DNA of 58,627 nucleotides, filler included, from Thelocarpon superellum (taxonomy: Eukaryota), in NCBI GenBank assembly GCA_026025795.1. It is 2 parts of 2 records of this genome, joined end to end, with 100 filler letters (N's around TTAATTAATTAA, not from the genome) between each part and the next. Parts side by side here need not be neighbours in the genome. Positions count along the whole stretch, not along the records: positions 1 to 29,299 come from JAPEUG010000223.1; 1 more part is not named here. One strand, given 5' to 3'. Numbering within the stretch: position 1 is the first letter of the stretch; each line of letters begins with the position of its first letter. Position numbers and translations under genes: made by a program. This document shows positions 1-11,455 of this stretch, in pieces. Under the pieces are notes generated by a model. The model did not search any database. It saw nothing but the letters and a program-made list of their open reading frames with translations, and was not told where the DNA came from.

Positions 1-827
1 TCGTATGCTTGTACGGTCATCGCGCTTGAGCCTTGATCACACTGGCAACTGGGTCGAGCAGATTTAATAGCCTGCTCCAGCTCAGACATCGTCTTGAACC
101 CTTCCCGCCAAGCCTGGAAGACGATCTCGCCAGAAACGGGATCCCCGTTGGTCGAGGGGAAGTCGCCATCAATGAGCATCTTGACGACATCTGGTCCAGC
201 AAAGGTGTAAAGAGGCTCATGCCCGATCCGCATGGTATAGGTGCATGATCCCATAGCGAACTGCTCGCTTGCTGCCCCTGCAATCGGCAATTCATACTTT
301 GCCTTGATTCTGTCAAACGGATATGAAGCAGCTGGAAGCGGTTCCCCAAGCCTTGTCGTACACCCAAAATCGCAGAGCTTAACGTGACCTGCTTGGTCGA
401 GGAGGATATTCGATGGTCGCATGTCGCCATGAAAGTCGTCGAACTTCTCGAGCCAGGCGGCTGCACTGGCCAGCTCTTTGATCTACCGATGCTGCTTTGG
501 CTCCTCAATCCCACCATCGTGTAGACGACGAGCGAGTGAATCGTCCAGCCGCTGCATGAAGATTCCGTCCTTTGTGCAAAGGAAGCTCTGAACGAAGCTT
601 GGGTGCCGGTTGGACATGAGCAGTTTGTGGATCTCTTTCTCATGCTCGACCATTTGGACGGCCTCGTTGGATTCTGCCTTCTGTTCCGCGCTGCCATTCT
701 CGAGCCGCCTTGGTATCTTGACTACCACAGCAGGGGACACGCCGAAGACGAATGCTGTGAGACCACCGGCGAGTAAAGTAACAGATCGAAATGGAACGAT
801 CAGCGTCGCATATGCTTGAATAGACAT
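1..827 (-). pseudogene. Ser/Thr protein kinase-like gene with an in-frame premature stop; runs off the left edge of the window
   Basis: ATG at 827. Reads VVVKIP (subdomain II Lys) and HEKEI, then PKQHR*IKELASA (TAG at 483-485 where a Trp is expected). The same frame continues with HGDMRPSNILL (catalytic loop), KLCDFG and SEQFAMGS, with no further stop to base 1. Confidence 0.75.
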
Positions 828-1941
828 GTCCAAGCTTCGAGAGGGATACGAGGATCGACGTTTGGTGAGCTAAGTAGTCGGCGGGTCGTGTTGGAGGATG
901 ACATAATCAGCAGTTCGAGGTTCTTGGTTCGGGCTGGCGACGGTACGTCACGATCGGCTTTACAACTTGTTGTCGCCGCTGCGGTTGGTCGTAGGAGGAA
1001 TTATGAAAGTCGGCGTATGGATCCTATCCCTAAGTACAGCAAACTTGGTAGCTCAAAGGGTCTTACTGGAACATGCTGAACCCTTATTTGAAAAGACCAA
1101 ATGAGCGTCGAAAGACCAAGCGACCGAACGCTGAGCCCAAGTGACCCTGTTCTGGCCGGCGATCTCCGCAGGTGTACACCTAAACACACTGACACGGCCA
1201 GTGACGAGAGGCGCGTTTGGAGCTTTAGTCACACAATGCTTGAAGCTCCTCGATCGAGACGACCTAGATCGACCCTCGGCATAACGAGCTGTCGCCACGC
1301 CCGTCTTGTCCTCGGTCCTGTTATCATATTAGTCACCGCAGGCTCCTCACTATTTGTTCTGTGCCTTCGTCTCCGTGGACGGGAAGGTGGCACCAGCAAA
1401 CATGATGGAGCATGATGATGATTCAAAATATCTGGTGCCTGGACGGTTGCATAGACGCGAGATAAAGGTATGAGTTGCAGGAAGATGAACATGATCCAAA
1501 GTCTAGAGGCGCAGCGAGCGACAAAATCGCGCGAGCTTGGGATCAGTGTGGGGGAGACAAGCATTGGTGCGGCACGGTCGGTACCGACTCGGCATTGCTG
1601 CCATTATTGGCCCAAGGCGAGAGCATCGCGACGGCCGCACCGGTGTGCCCCGGCCACACATAATGACGTGAATCCTTCGCAATCGCCCGAGCGTTCCTCG
1701 GAACTTCAGGGCTCTGGGAAATTCGAGCTCAATGGAACTCGCGGTCTGTCCCGCGATGCTTTCCACCCTGTCTGGGTTGTCGACCGAGGCTCGCGCGGCT
1801 GCCTTGGGCAGGTCGTTGCACGGTGTTCCGCACATGACAGATGGGACTGCTAAACTGGGCAACGTCGCGTGCCTTGGCGACGCTCTATGCCCGCACGCTC
1901 CACATGTGGGAGCGATAACGCCATCGCGGGCCTCAGGTCAT

Positions 1942-1997
1942 TTGCCCTTTGCCACTTGCCACTTGCCACTTGCCTCTCGCTACTGGCCACCTGCCAC
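1942..1997. repeat. 7-bp tandem repeat, consensus TTGCCAC, 8 copies (3 perfect)
   Basis: Read directly: ttgccct ttgccac ttgccac ttgccac ttgcctc tcgctac tggccac ctgccac. Confidence 0.85.
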
Positions 1998-2625
1998 TGA
2001 CGTCGACCCTCGTCACCACCATCCCGAGGCTGCTGGGGAATGAGCGTCTGCATGGCACGAGCGTCAATTACCTTTACGCCAGACCTGGCACTTGCCACGC
2101 CTCATATTCACCCGCCAGAATTGTGCCGCGCTGGTGCATCGGGGCGCGGCTATCCTCGTGCCCAGATGCTCCGTCGGACCAGCGTCATCCATGATCTCCT
2201 CGCATCTCACGTCGTGAGATCTGTCCGATCGTCCCTGGGACGGCAGTCGAGCCTGAAGCAGGAGCTAGAATGATCTCCGCATTCTAGCTCATTTCCTTAT
2301 CGTGATGCATCATGCTAGCGACTTGCCCAAAAGGACGTGGTGATACGCTCTCGCTCTGTGCACGCTCCAGGCTCGGCATGGTCTGTCCGAGGTTCCTCCC
2401 ACCGGGCCTCGCCAAACAGTGCCCATGCGGCCGCACCTCCGTTCGGAACCAGAAACGACCGGAAGGAAGCGACTGGACCCCGGAGGCGGCGCTCCCGCGA
2501 CCAACCAGTGCCATCCTGGTCTCGTGCCTGAAGACGGAAGGCCAAGCAGATGCGCCGAAGAACCACATGTGGCCGTGCGTCTAGAGAGCCCGCCTGAGCT
2601 CGGCATCCCACCCCCCACGGCCCGC

Positions 2626-2649
2626 GGCGATGGCGATGGCGATGGCGAT
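2626..2649. repeat. (GGCGAT)4 hexamer repeat upstream of the OPT gene
   Basis: Four perfect copies, about 40 bp before a TATAAT element (2687) and about 140 bp before the ATG. Confidence 0.85.
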
Positions 2650-2786
2650 GACCCCAGGGCCATGGAAGGCCCATCGCTCGTCATGTTATAATACCCGGCT
2701 CCCGTCACCGAGTCCTGATCTCGAGCTGCATCCGTGTCGACGGCGTCTTCCTCCCTCTCGCCTCTTCCTCAGATCCCTCCGTCGCC

Positions 2787-5338
2787 ATGGCCTCTCTACG
2801 CACAGGCTTTGAGCCCGAGGAGAAGGATGGCAAGAAGTCCCCCTCGCCCGTCATCGTGTCCGAGCGTCCTGTCCGCTCGGACACGAACAGCACGGAGGGA
2901 ACCTCGAGCGGGGTGTACGATGAGAAGCATGCGGAGAAGACCACCGGCCTCGGCGTCGTTAGCGATCTACACGACGAAGAGCATGCGGATCTCCAACGAC
3001 CCATCAGTCAGGTAGCCACCCCGGGAGAGATCGTCACCCAGGTCCTGGCCGTCGATGATGACCCTACCCTCAACCCCTGGACGTTCCGCATGTGGTTTCT
3101 TGGTACGTGCTGGCAATCCCATCCTCCACCATCCGCGTCGACGCGCCGCTGACCCTCCACGAGGCATTGGGCTCGGCCTCTTTGGTTCGGTTCTCGCCAC
3201 CATCTACTACTTCAAGCCGCAGACGCTCAGCGTGTCCGTCATCTTCTTGGCGGTGATCAGCTACGTGATCGGCATGCTGATGGAGAAACTCATTCCCAAG
3301 CATGGCTGGGTCGGCCGCTGGTTCAACCCGCATCCCTTCAACCAGAAGGAGCACGCGGCCATTGTCATCATGGCCTCGTCCGCCTCGACCTGCGCCCTGG
3401 GCACGGAGGTCCTGGCCGTGCAGCGGCTGTGGTACACGTCGTCGCCCAACGCGGGCGTCTCCATCTTCCTCCTGTTCTCCTCGCAGCTCCTCGGGTACGG
3501 CATCGCGGGCCTGCTGCGGTCGACGCTCGTCTATCCCACCAAGATGCTCTACCCGGTCAACCTGCCGCTGAATACCCTGCTCGAGATGCTGCACCGCGAC
3601 AAGAAGGCGGCGGCGGCGAAACTCCGCTACTTTTACTGGCTCTTTGGCATTCTCTTTGTCTGGGAGGTCTTCCCGCAGTACATGATGCCCGTCATGACGG
3701 GCGTCAGCGTCTTCTGCCTCAGCAACCGCAAGAGTTTGCTCTTCACCAACCTCTTCGGCGGCAGCAACGGCAACGAGGGGCTCGGCTTTCTTTCCCTCAG
3801 TCTGGACTGGCAGTACATCGCCGGCACGGCGTCACCCCTGTGGTTCCCGCTGCAGACGCTCGTCAACAACTTCATCGGCTACCTCCTCTGCATCGTCGTC
3901 TTCATGGGCGTCTTCTACGGCAACGTGTGGCGCGCGCAGGACTTCCCTTTCCTCTCGCAGCTGCTCTTCTCAAGCGCTTCCAACGCGACGGAGTATGTGC
4001 AGTACAACCAGACGGCCATCCTCGGGCCCACCAACGAGCTCGACCCGAGCAAGCTGGAGGCGCAGGGCATCCCCTACTTCGCCTCGACCTACGTGACCTA
4101 CCTGATCTCGACCAACCTGGCGATCATGGCCACCTTCACGCACTTGATGCTCTGGAACTACGACGACATCAAGCAGGCCTGGTCCTTCATTACGCTGGAC
4201 AACCTCAAGACCGCCGTGCGACCCTCAACCTGGACCTCGCCGTTCAAGAAGAGTGAGCCACGCGTCCTGACGCAAGCCGAGGCTGACGAGCTCGACCCGC
4301 ACTATCGGCTCATGCTGGCATACGACGAGGTGCCCAACTGGTGGTACATGCTTGTGCTATGTTGCTCCATCGTCGTTGGCATCATCTGCCTCTACCAGGC
4401 TGAATCGACCCTGCCGTGGTGGGGCTTCCTGATCGCCTGTGCCCTCTCCGGCCTCTGCATCCTCTTCTTTGGCGCGCAGTTTGCCATCACCGGCTTCACC
4501 TTCATCATCCAGCCCATCATCCAGATGCTGGGCGGTTATCTGCACGCTGGCAAGCCCGTGGCCAACATGTACTTTACGCTGTTTGGGTACAACTCGGTGT
4601 CACAGGGCATGCTGCTGCTGCGAGATCTTAAGCTGGCGCAGTACTCCAAGCTGAGTCCCAAGTGCACGTTCACCGCCCAGTTCACCGGCACCATCATCGG
4701 CTCCATCCTCAACTACATCATGATGAGCAGCATCGTGAGCAATCAGCGCGAGATTCTGCTGTCGGTCGAGGGTACCAACATTTGGTCGGGACAGAATGTG
4801 CAACAGTACAACTCGCAGGTAAGTCTTTCTGCCTCGACGCGGGCACACCCGGATCGATGGTGGACCGGACTGACGCGGTGCATCACAGGCCATCGCGTGG
4901 GGTGCGCTTGCCAAAGAGATGTTCTCGGTGGGCGGCCGGTATCAGTGGGTCACGCTGGCGTTCCTCGTCGGCTTCGCTGTACCCGTGCCCTTCTACATCC
5001 TGCACCGCCTCTTCCCGCGCGCCGGCTTCCACTACTGGAACACGGCCATCATCGCGTACAACATCGGCTGGCTCTGTGTGGGCATCAACTCGTCCATCAT
5101 GTCCTTCTTCATCGTCGGCTTCTTCAGCCAGTTCTACCTGCGCAAGTACCGGCCCGAGTGGTTCATCAAGTACAATTACATCACCTCGGCCGCCATGGAC
5201 GGCGGCACGCAGGTCATCGTCTTCATCCTGACCTTTGCCGTCTCCGGCGGCAGCGGCAAGGCCGTCAAGTTCCCGCTGTACTGGGGCAACAACGCCGGGG
5301 GCAACTTTGACTACTGCATGCAAAACCCCGCCAACTAA
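2787..5338 (+). CDS. OPT-family oligopeptide transporter; exons 2787-3102, 3164-4818, 4889-5338
   Basis: OPT motifs DDDPTLNPWTFRMWFLG, NPHPFNQKEHA, DPHYRLMLAYDEVPNWWY, DLKLAQYSKLSP and KYNYITSAAMDGG, with many TM segments. Introns 3103-3163 (GTACGT..GCTGAC..GAG) and 4819-4888 (GTAAGT..CAG) restore the frame. Confidence 0.95.
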
Positions 5339-6053
5339 TAGTGTGGACGTCGTTCGAGAGCGCTGGCGCTGGCGCATGGTGTCTGACGGCGGCTGCGTTG
5401 GGGAGCGAGGGCGTCTGGGGAGGGAGGATGTCGCGACGTCGGTGCATTTGGTCATGGCTGTCATCCAACGTTATTCTTTTTCATCTCTTTCCGTTTTTCG
5501 TCCGCCCATTCTTCTGTTGGTTATGACCGGTGTTCTGCATGGGTTGAGGCCGATGGGTAATATGGGCCGTCGCTGGGGCGCAACTCTGGAGGATCTAGAT
5601 CATGTAAGCGAAAACAAGAAGCCATCTCCAGGGCAAGGCCGTAATCAAAGCAAACTTCTGTTTTCCGAGACGTGCGGATGGTGTCCGTCACGGCACCAAC
5701 AGTGCGTTCCGCTGGCCCCAACAACTCCAAATGTGTGAGAGGCAACCGGCAGCAAAAGTAGGCGAGCATACCACCATGTATCAGTGGTGCTCACGTGTGC
5801 GAATATTATTACGCCACTCAAGCTTGTGGCAAGCGAGACGTCGGTTTGCCGCCTCTTGCAACGAGCGTGCTGGGAATAGCAACACCACGATTCTTCCCCA
5901 CGAGCCATCTGACGCCAGCTGGTCTACGGGAGAATCACACGACGCGGAGGACTTGGATTGTGTGCTGCGACCACCGTGCCGACTATCACCTTTCTTCCTC
6001 CCCTTCCCTCCTCTCACCTTCCTCGACCCACGGGCCCTAGGCGGCTTGTCATC

Positions 6054-7405
6054 ATGTCGCTCGACAGCTTCTTCCACAACAAGATCGAGAGTATGAAACT
6101 CGAGATCATCCAAGGCCAAGCGGTGCTGCGACGGTTAGAGGCGCAACGAAATGACTACAATTCAAGAGGTGCGTGCATCGTCCCGTTCGTGCGGCTCTGC
6201 CGACGTTTTGAACTCACGCTGGCTGTAGTACGACTGCTCCGTGAAGAGCTGGGACTGCTGCAGCAACCAGGATCCTACGTGGGCGAGGTGGTCAAGGTCA
6301 TGGGTACCAAGAAGGTCTTGGTTAAGGTTCATCCCGAGGGAAAATACGGTAGGCGGACGTTGTTCGGCCAGTCGAGGTCATGGCTGATGCCCGCGCAGTG
6401 GTAGACGTCTCGGACAGCGTCGACATCTCCAAGCTGACCGTGGGAAAACGGGTGACCCTGCTGTCGGACTCCTACAAGCTTGAGAAGATGCTTCCGAGCT
6501 CGGTGGATCCCTTGGTGTCCCTCATGATGGTGGAGAAAGTGCCCGATAGCACGTACGACATGATCGGTGGGCTGGATCAGCAGATCAAGGAGATCAAGGA
6601 AGTCATCGAGCTCGGTCTGAAGCACCCCGAGCTCTTTGAGTCGCTGGGGATCGCTCAACCCAAGGGTGTGCTGCTCTACGGTCCGCCGGGGACAGGCAAG
6701 ACCCTTCTGGCCCGCGCCGTTGCCCATCACACCGACTGCCGCTTCATTCGCGTCAGCGGGTCGGAACTGGTGCAGAAGTATATCGGCGAGGGCAGTCGCA
6801 TGGTACGCGAACTCTTCGTCATGGCGCGAGAGCACGCACCGAGTATCATCTTCATGGACGAGATCGACAGCATCGGCTCCAGTCGAGTGGAGGGCAGCAG
6901 CGGCGGAGACTCGGAGGTGCAGCGCACCATGCTGGAGCTCCTCAACCAACTCGACGGCTTCGAGCCCACCAAGAACATCAAGGTGGTCATGGCCACCAAC
7001 CGTTTGGACATTCTCGACCCGGCGCTGCTGCGACCGGGCCGGATCGACCGGAAGATCGAATTTCCCCCACCGACGTAAGTCGTCTCGGTGCCACTCTATC
7101 CCCTGGCCGAGTGCCCATGATCATGATGCTGACTCTTCGTCCACAGCGTGGAAGCCCGCGCCGACATTCTCCGGATCCATAGCCGCAGCATGAATCTCAC
7201 AAGAGGCATCAACCTGACCAAGATCGCCGAGAAGATGAACGGCTGCTCCGGGGCGGAACTCAAGGGCGTATGCACGGAGGCAGGCATGTACGCGTTGCGG
7301 GAACGACGAGTACACGTGACGCAGGAGGACTTTGATCTCGCGACGGCCAAGGTGCTCAACAAGCATGATGACAAGCAGATGAGTTTGAGCAAGCTTTGGA
7401 AGTGA
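6054..7405 (+). CDS. RPT6: 26S proteasome regulatory AAA-ATPase subunit Rpt6 (regulatory subunit 8); introns 6169-6228, 6349-6398, 7075-7146
   Basis: [34 protein letters not shown], Walker A GPPGTGKT, Walker [10 protein letters not shown]-terminal MSLSKLWK. All three GT-AG introns join in frame. Confidence 0.97.
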
Positions 7406-7903
7406 TACCGTCCGGGACGGACCCGCTTTTCAACGTCTAGCAGCTTTCCGTGCCCGGTGTATCGTATCATACGTGGAGGATGGGCCATCTATAGGACTAT
7501 TTTCGACTACGGTGCCGACGCATACTTGCTTCCGGGAGACCAGGAAGCGGTCGCCGAGACCGCCTCAGCACCCGCCGCACTGCCCGCCACACCACCGTCG
7601 CTTTGGCGTAGATTGGTCAAAGCAGAAGAAGATAGTTAATGGGAAGCATGCTCCGTAAATCTGGACAGTAACAGAGCCCATCATCAGTTACTAATGGAAT
7701 GCTCCGTTGCTGTCGCTGGAATTCAATGTTGAATCGTGCGTGTTGTGTCGAAGCCCCGATTAGGACTAGCTTTTCACGCCGCTTTGTAAAGTTGGAATCT
7801 GTTGGAACCCGTCACTGCAAGTCAACCGTCACTCACGTGCAGCACCACCTTCGGCTACCATCATCCACGTGATTGCACTCAAAGCAGCGACACAGCACGG
7901 ACC

Positions 7904-9978
7904 ATGTCTGCCGAAGCCATGGACACTTCCGCACGGAACAATAGTTCCGCCGATCCGCCGTCGGCGGCCGATGATAACCAGGGAATCCAGGCCCTGCTCG
8001 ACGAGGTCGAAGCCATCGAAGCCGAGGGACCCATCACCGTTCACGCGAGCGTGGGAAGTCTCAACCCGCCGACTGTCCTGCCCTGGAATTCGGTGCAGGT
8101 CTTTGGCTACTACACCCCGCCCTCGTCGCCAGAGTCGGTGGCCGCGGACGAATTTGACATTTCGCCGCTGTCGCTCGTGGACCCCGACCTTTCGCCTTCG
8201 CCTACGTATTCGGAGCGCCTGGAGGAGCTCCTGAACGTCGAGGAAGATCCGGCGGATGACCACGGGCACGAAGTAGCGGAGGACGGAAAGGCCGTCGAGC
8301 ACGCCAACGACCACTACGACGAGCCGGACGAGATCGACAGCATGACGTCCAACGCAGCCTCGAGCCGTCAAGGCTATCACCAGGACTACATTGCACGGGT
8401 CCGCTACGCCAATGGTCTGCCGCCGCCTGACATGCCGCCCAAGCTGCTGCAGGTGCCGGGCGAGGGCCTGTCCTCGGGCCAGTACACCTCACCGAGCTTC
8501 GCCTCTCGTCTGGCGCGCGAGCAACCATTGAACATCGAGGCCGATGCCGAGCTGGGGATGCCGCTGGATCTGGTGGGCATGCCGGGGATCTTTGACGGCG
8601 ATGAGAGCTGTAAGTCATCCTCCTCCTCCTCCTCCTCCTCCTCCTCCTCCTCCTCCTCCTCCTCCTCCTCCTCCTCCTCCTCCTCCTCCTCCTCCTCCTC
8701 CTCCTTCTCTCCTCCTCCTTCTCCTCCTCCTCCTCCTCCTCCTCCTCCTCCCCCTCCTCCTCCTCCTCCTCCTCCACGCCCTGCTCGGTTCACCTGTCCA
8801 CGACTCACGCGACGGCCACGATAGCGATTCAAGCCCCCGACCAGCCGCCGGCGCCCCACCCTCGCGACAAGCCGCTCCTGCGTCCGCTCTCGTCGCTGGG
8901 CAAGCCGACGTCGATGAGCTCGGGCGTCAGCTTCTTGCGTCGCACCGAGTACATCTCGGCCGAGTCGGGCCGCACGCGCTTTGACTCGAGCGCGTCCAAC
9001 AAACCGTCCAAGGCGATGCTCGAGGCGCAGAAGCGCCGCGAGCGCAACGCCGAACGTGAGGACCCCGTGAACATCGTGCGCGCGGTGGAAAAGAGCTTCG
9101 ACGTGGCCAATCCCGACTCGGCCTACACGGGCCCGGATACCAGCAAGCGCTTCCGTGGCCATCCCGTCACCCAGGCGGAACGTGATGCCTGGGCCCATCC
9201 CAAGCACCCGACCAAGGACGATGTGCTCCCTGACGGTATCTACCCCATCCTCCCCGACCTGTCGGCCTTTCCCGACAGCGGCGGATACATCGTGGTCACC
9301 TACACGGCCAACCCGTTGAAATCGGGCGTGATCCAGACCGATACGCGTGCCCAGGTGGCCTTGCTCCGCCCCAAGGAGCCGCAGCGTGCGGAGGTCATGG
9401 CCGCCTACCAGGCGCAGATTTCGGCTCATCAGGCCGACCCGTCGAAGCCCGAGCCCGGGCCGCCTCCGTTCGACTACGACCTGTACCTGCCCAAGGACCC
9501 GCACTTCGTCGAGGCGATCAAGAAGAAATACAACATCCGCGACCCGCAGCGCGACGATCCCAACCTGTTTACGCATGCGAACAAGGAGACGGGCGAGAAG
9601 AACTTCCGCTATGACTTCCAGCGCACATATGAGACGGCGTCTGGCGTACAGCATAAGGATCGATACCAGGAGGTAGCCCTCACCCTGTACGACCCGAGCA
9701 CGGAGAGCACGACGGACGGGGGAGCGAAGAAGCAGAAGGGCGCCTACTACTACCCAGTTCTGCAGAAGCTCAACCTTCGTCCCCGCCGCCAGCTCAATCT
9801 CTCGCTGATGGGGAGCCAGCCGGCGGCGGCGGACATGGACAAAGTCGACTTCCTCGACATCGTCCCACGCGATCCCGATCAGGCCGAACTCGAGCGCCGC
9901 GAGGGGTTCAAGAAGCAGTACGACCGTGGACCGGCGCCGGACGAGGATGACGCGGACGCCCCGGGCGAGGCCGAGTAG
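7904..9978 (+). CDS. PAF1: RNA polymerase II-associated factor Paf1; intron 8610-8824; start at 7904 or at the conserved-position ATG 8342
   Basis: HQDYIARVRYANGLPPP, LAREQPLNIEADAELGMPLDLVGMPG, post-splice SIQAPDQPPAPHPRDKPLLRP, VSFLRRTEYIS, KGAYYYP. Confidence 0.92.
8618..8775. repeat. (TCC)29 perfect microsatellite plus imperfect CCT extension; 158-nt pure pyrimidine tract inside the PAF1 intron
   Basis: Perfect TCC repeat 8618-8704. No purine on the + strand from 8618 to 8775. Confidence 0.95.
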
Positions 9979-10353
9979 GCTCCCGTCTGTCGTCCGCATC
10001 GATCGGCCCCCTTGGGTAGCAGATCGATCCAGACGACCGAGAGGGTCGGCCCACGGCCGACAGGAGATTCACCACTCAACATCCAGGTCTTAGCTGGACC
10101 CAAAAACATACGGAAAACATGAATAGGTGGAGCCCTTCCCACCCCCAAAAAGATGAGAACTCTCACATGTATTTTCTCCATGGTCTCCGTGACCCTCTCG
10201 ACTCCAATTTCCCTTTCTCTGACTTGAGCCACATGGATGACGAGATGGATCACTTCCACTTTCTGATGTCCTGTGCGCTCGGCAGCAGATAGCGAAATGA
10301 AAATGAAATGCATTCTGACTACACAATCTCGCTGGCTTGCCTGTGACGTGCTC

Positions 10354-11244
10354 TCATTTGCCCGCTGTCGAGACAGTTGGGTTGATTCTCCCACAGAAGA
10401 CGGCGTCACTACCCATGACGGCCCAAGACACGTCGACAAACGTAGTCGCTGCCACCCGTCTCCCTTCTGGCTGCGTTTCTCTCCGCTGGTCTGGGCTGAC
10501 CACGACCCCCCCCTTGCCAAGGTATGTTGGCGCGATGGTAATGATAACAGAGGTAATGTGCGCGTCATTGCCCGGTCGTAAGAGATCGTTGATCACTGCC
10601 CCGCCGCCCTCGACCATGACGGTGTGAATGCCCTGGGCCCCCAGCGTGACGAGGATGTCAGTCCACTTGAATCTACGCTGCCCATCTCCCGCCGACGGTA
10701 GGTGAATGATCTTCCCGCCGCCCTCCTCGATCACTTGCCGTCGACGCGCGGGGTAGGGCGTCCCCTCTGCCACCAGGACCCACACGCCCTTGCCCTCGCC
10801 CAGCCGTGCGGTGTGCAGCACTCGCGCGCTCTCTTGCACGTCCCACCGTGCCGCGTGGTCTAACACGACCGGTCGGGGCTGATGTGCGGCTCCCTCCAGA
10901 CGACAATTCAGGCCCGGGTCATCGGCTATGGCGGTGCCCGCCCCGACTAGAATGGCATCGTGTCGAGCGCGGAGGAAGTGCGTCATCGCTTTTGACTGTG
11001 GTCCCGACAGCAGCGTTTGCGTGCCGGGCGATAGCGACAGCGACGAATCGAGCGACGCAGCATAGGTGAGCGTGAGGTGTGGGAGCACCCTGAACCCTGG
11101 AGGGGAGGACCCCGGGATATACGGGGCAATTGGGGGGCGCAGATGCTCCGGAAAGACCAAGGGCGAGGAGGGAGGCGTGGGGCCCGTGGGGGCTTTGGAG
11201 GCGTTGGAGGCGTTGGGAGCACCAGCGACCATTTCTTGGCTCAT
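10354..11244 (-). CDS. RIB7: 2,5-diamino-6-ribosylamino-4(3H)-pyrimidinone 5'-phosphate reductase (RibD_C family, riboflavin synthesis)
   Basis: PHLTLTYAASLDS, SKAMTHFLRARHDAILVGAGTAIADDPGLNCR, QPRPVVLD, VMVEGGGAVI, TIAPTYLG. First ATG at 11244; single exon. Confidence 0.93.
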   Translation of the reverse strand: MSQEMVAGAPNASNASKAPTGPTPPSSPLVFPEHLRPPIAPYIPGSSPPGFRVLPHLTLTYAASLDSSLSLSPGTQTLLSGPQSKAMTHFLRARHDAILVGAGTAIADDPGLNCRLEGAAHQPRPVVLDHAARWDVQESARVLHTARLGEGKGVWVLVAEGTPYPARRRQVIEEGGGKIIHLPSAGDGQRRFKWTDILVTLGAQGIHTVMVEGGGAVINDLLRPGNDAHITSVIITIAPTYLGKGGVVVSPDQRRETQPEGRRVAATTFVDVSWAVMGSDAVFCGRINPTVSTAGK

Positions 11245-11409
11245 GATGTGGAACGCGCCTGGAGAGCCCCCGTCCAAGGCGGGGTTTGCCCCGTCGGATT
11301 CCTCCGACACTTGCTGTGAATCCCAATATTCGGCGCCCTGTGCTCATCCGACGTGGCGGGGAAGGCACCATGGTGGGTCCGGAGAGCCCCTCAATGGTCC
11401 GAGGTCTGC

Positions 11410-11455
11410 GTGACGACTGACGAGTGACGAGTGATGAGAGACGAGTGACGAGTGA
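11410..11455. repeat. 7-bp tandem repeat, consensus GTGACGA, about 6.5 copies, in the RIB7/RCC1 divergent promoter
   Basis: gtgacga ctgacga gtgacga gtgatga gagacga gtgacga gtga. Confidence 0.85.

Noticed and set aside
17..697. 226-aa ORF on the - strand, and a suspected frameshift near base 157
   Set aside because: It is a shadow frame of the kinase. On recount the kinase frame reads DFPSTNGDP without a shift; the only lesion is the TAG at 483-485.
830..2600. Several 60-130-aa ORFs, one with a hydrophobic stretch (1101-1415)
   Set aside because: No recognisable motif or consistent splice model, so a gene cannot be supported.
8202..9999. Poly-Glu/Arg/Gly/Pro/Ser ORFs, including the 531-aa antisense ORF
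   Set aside because: These are translations of the intronic TCC microsatellite and antisense shadows of PAF1.
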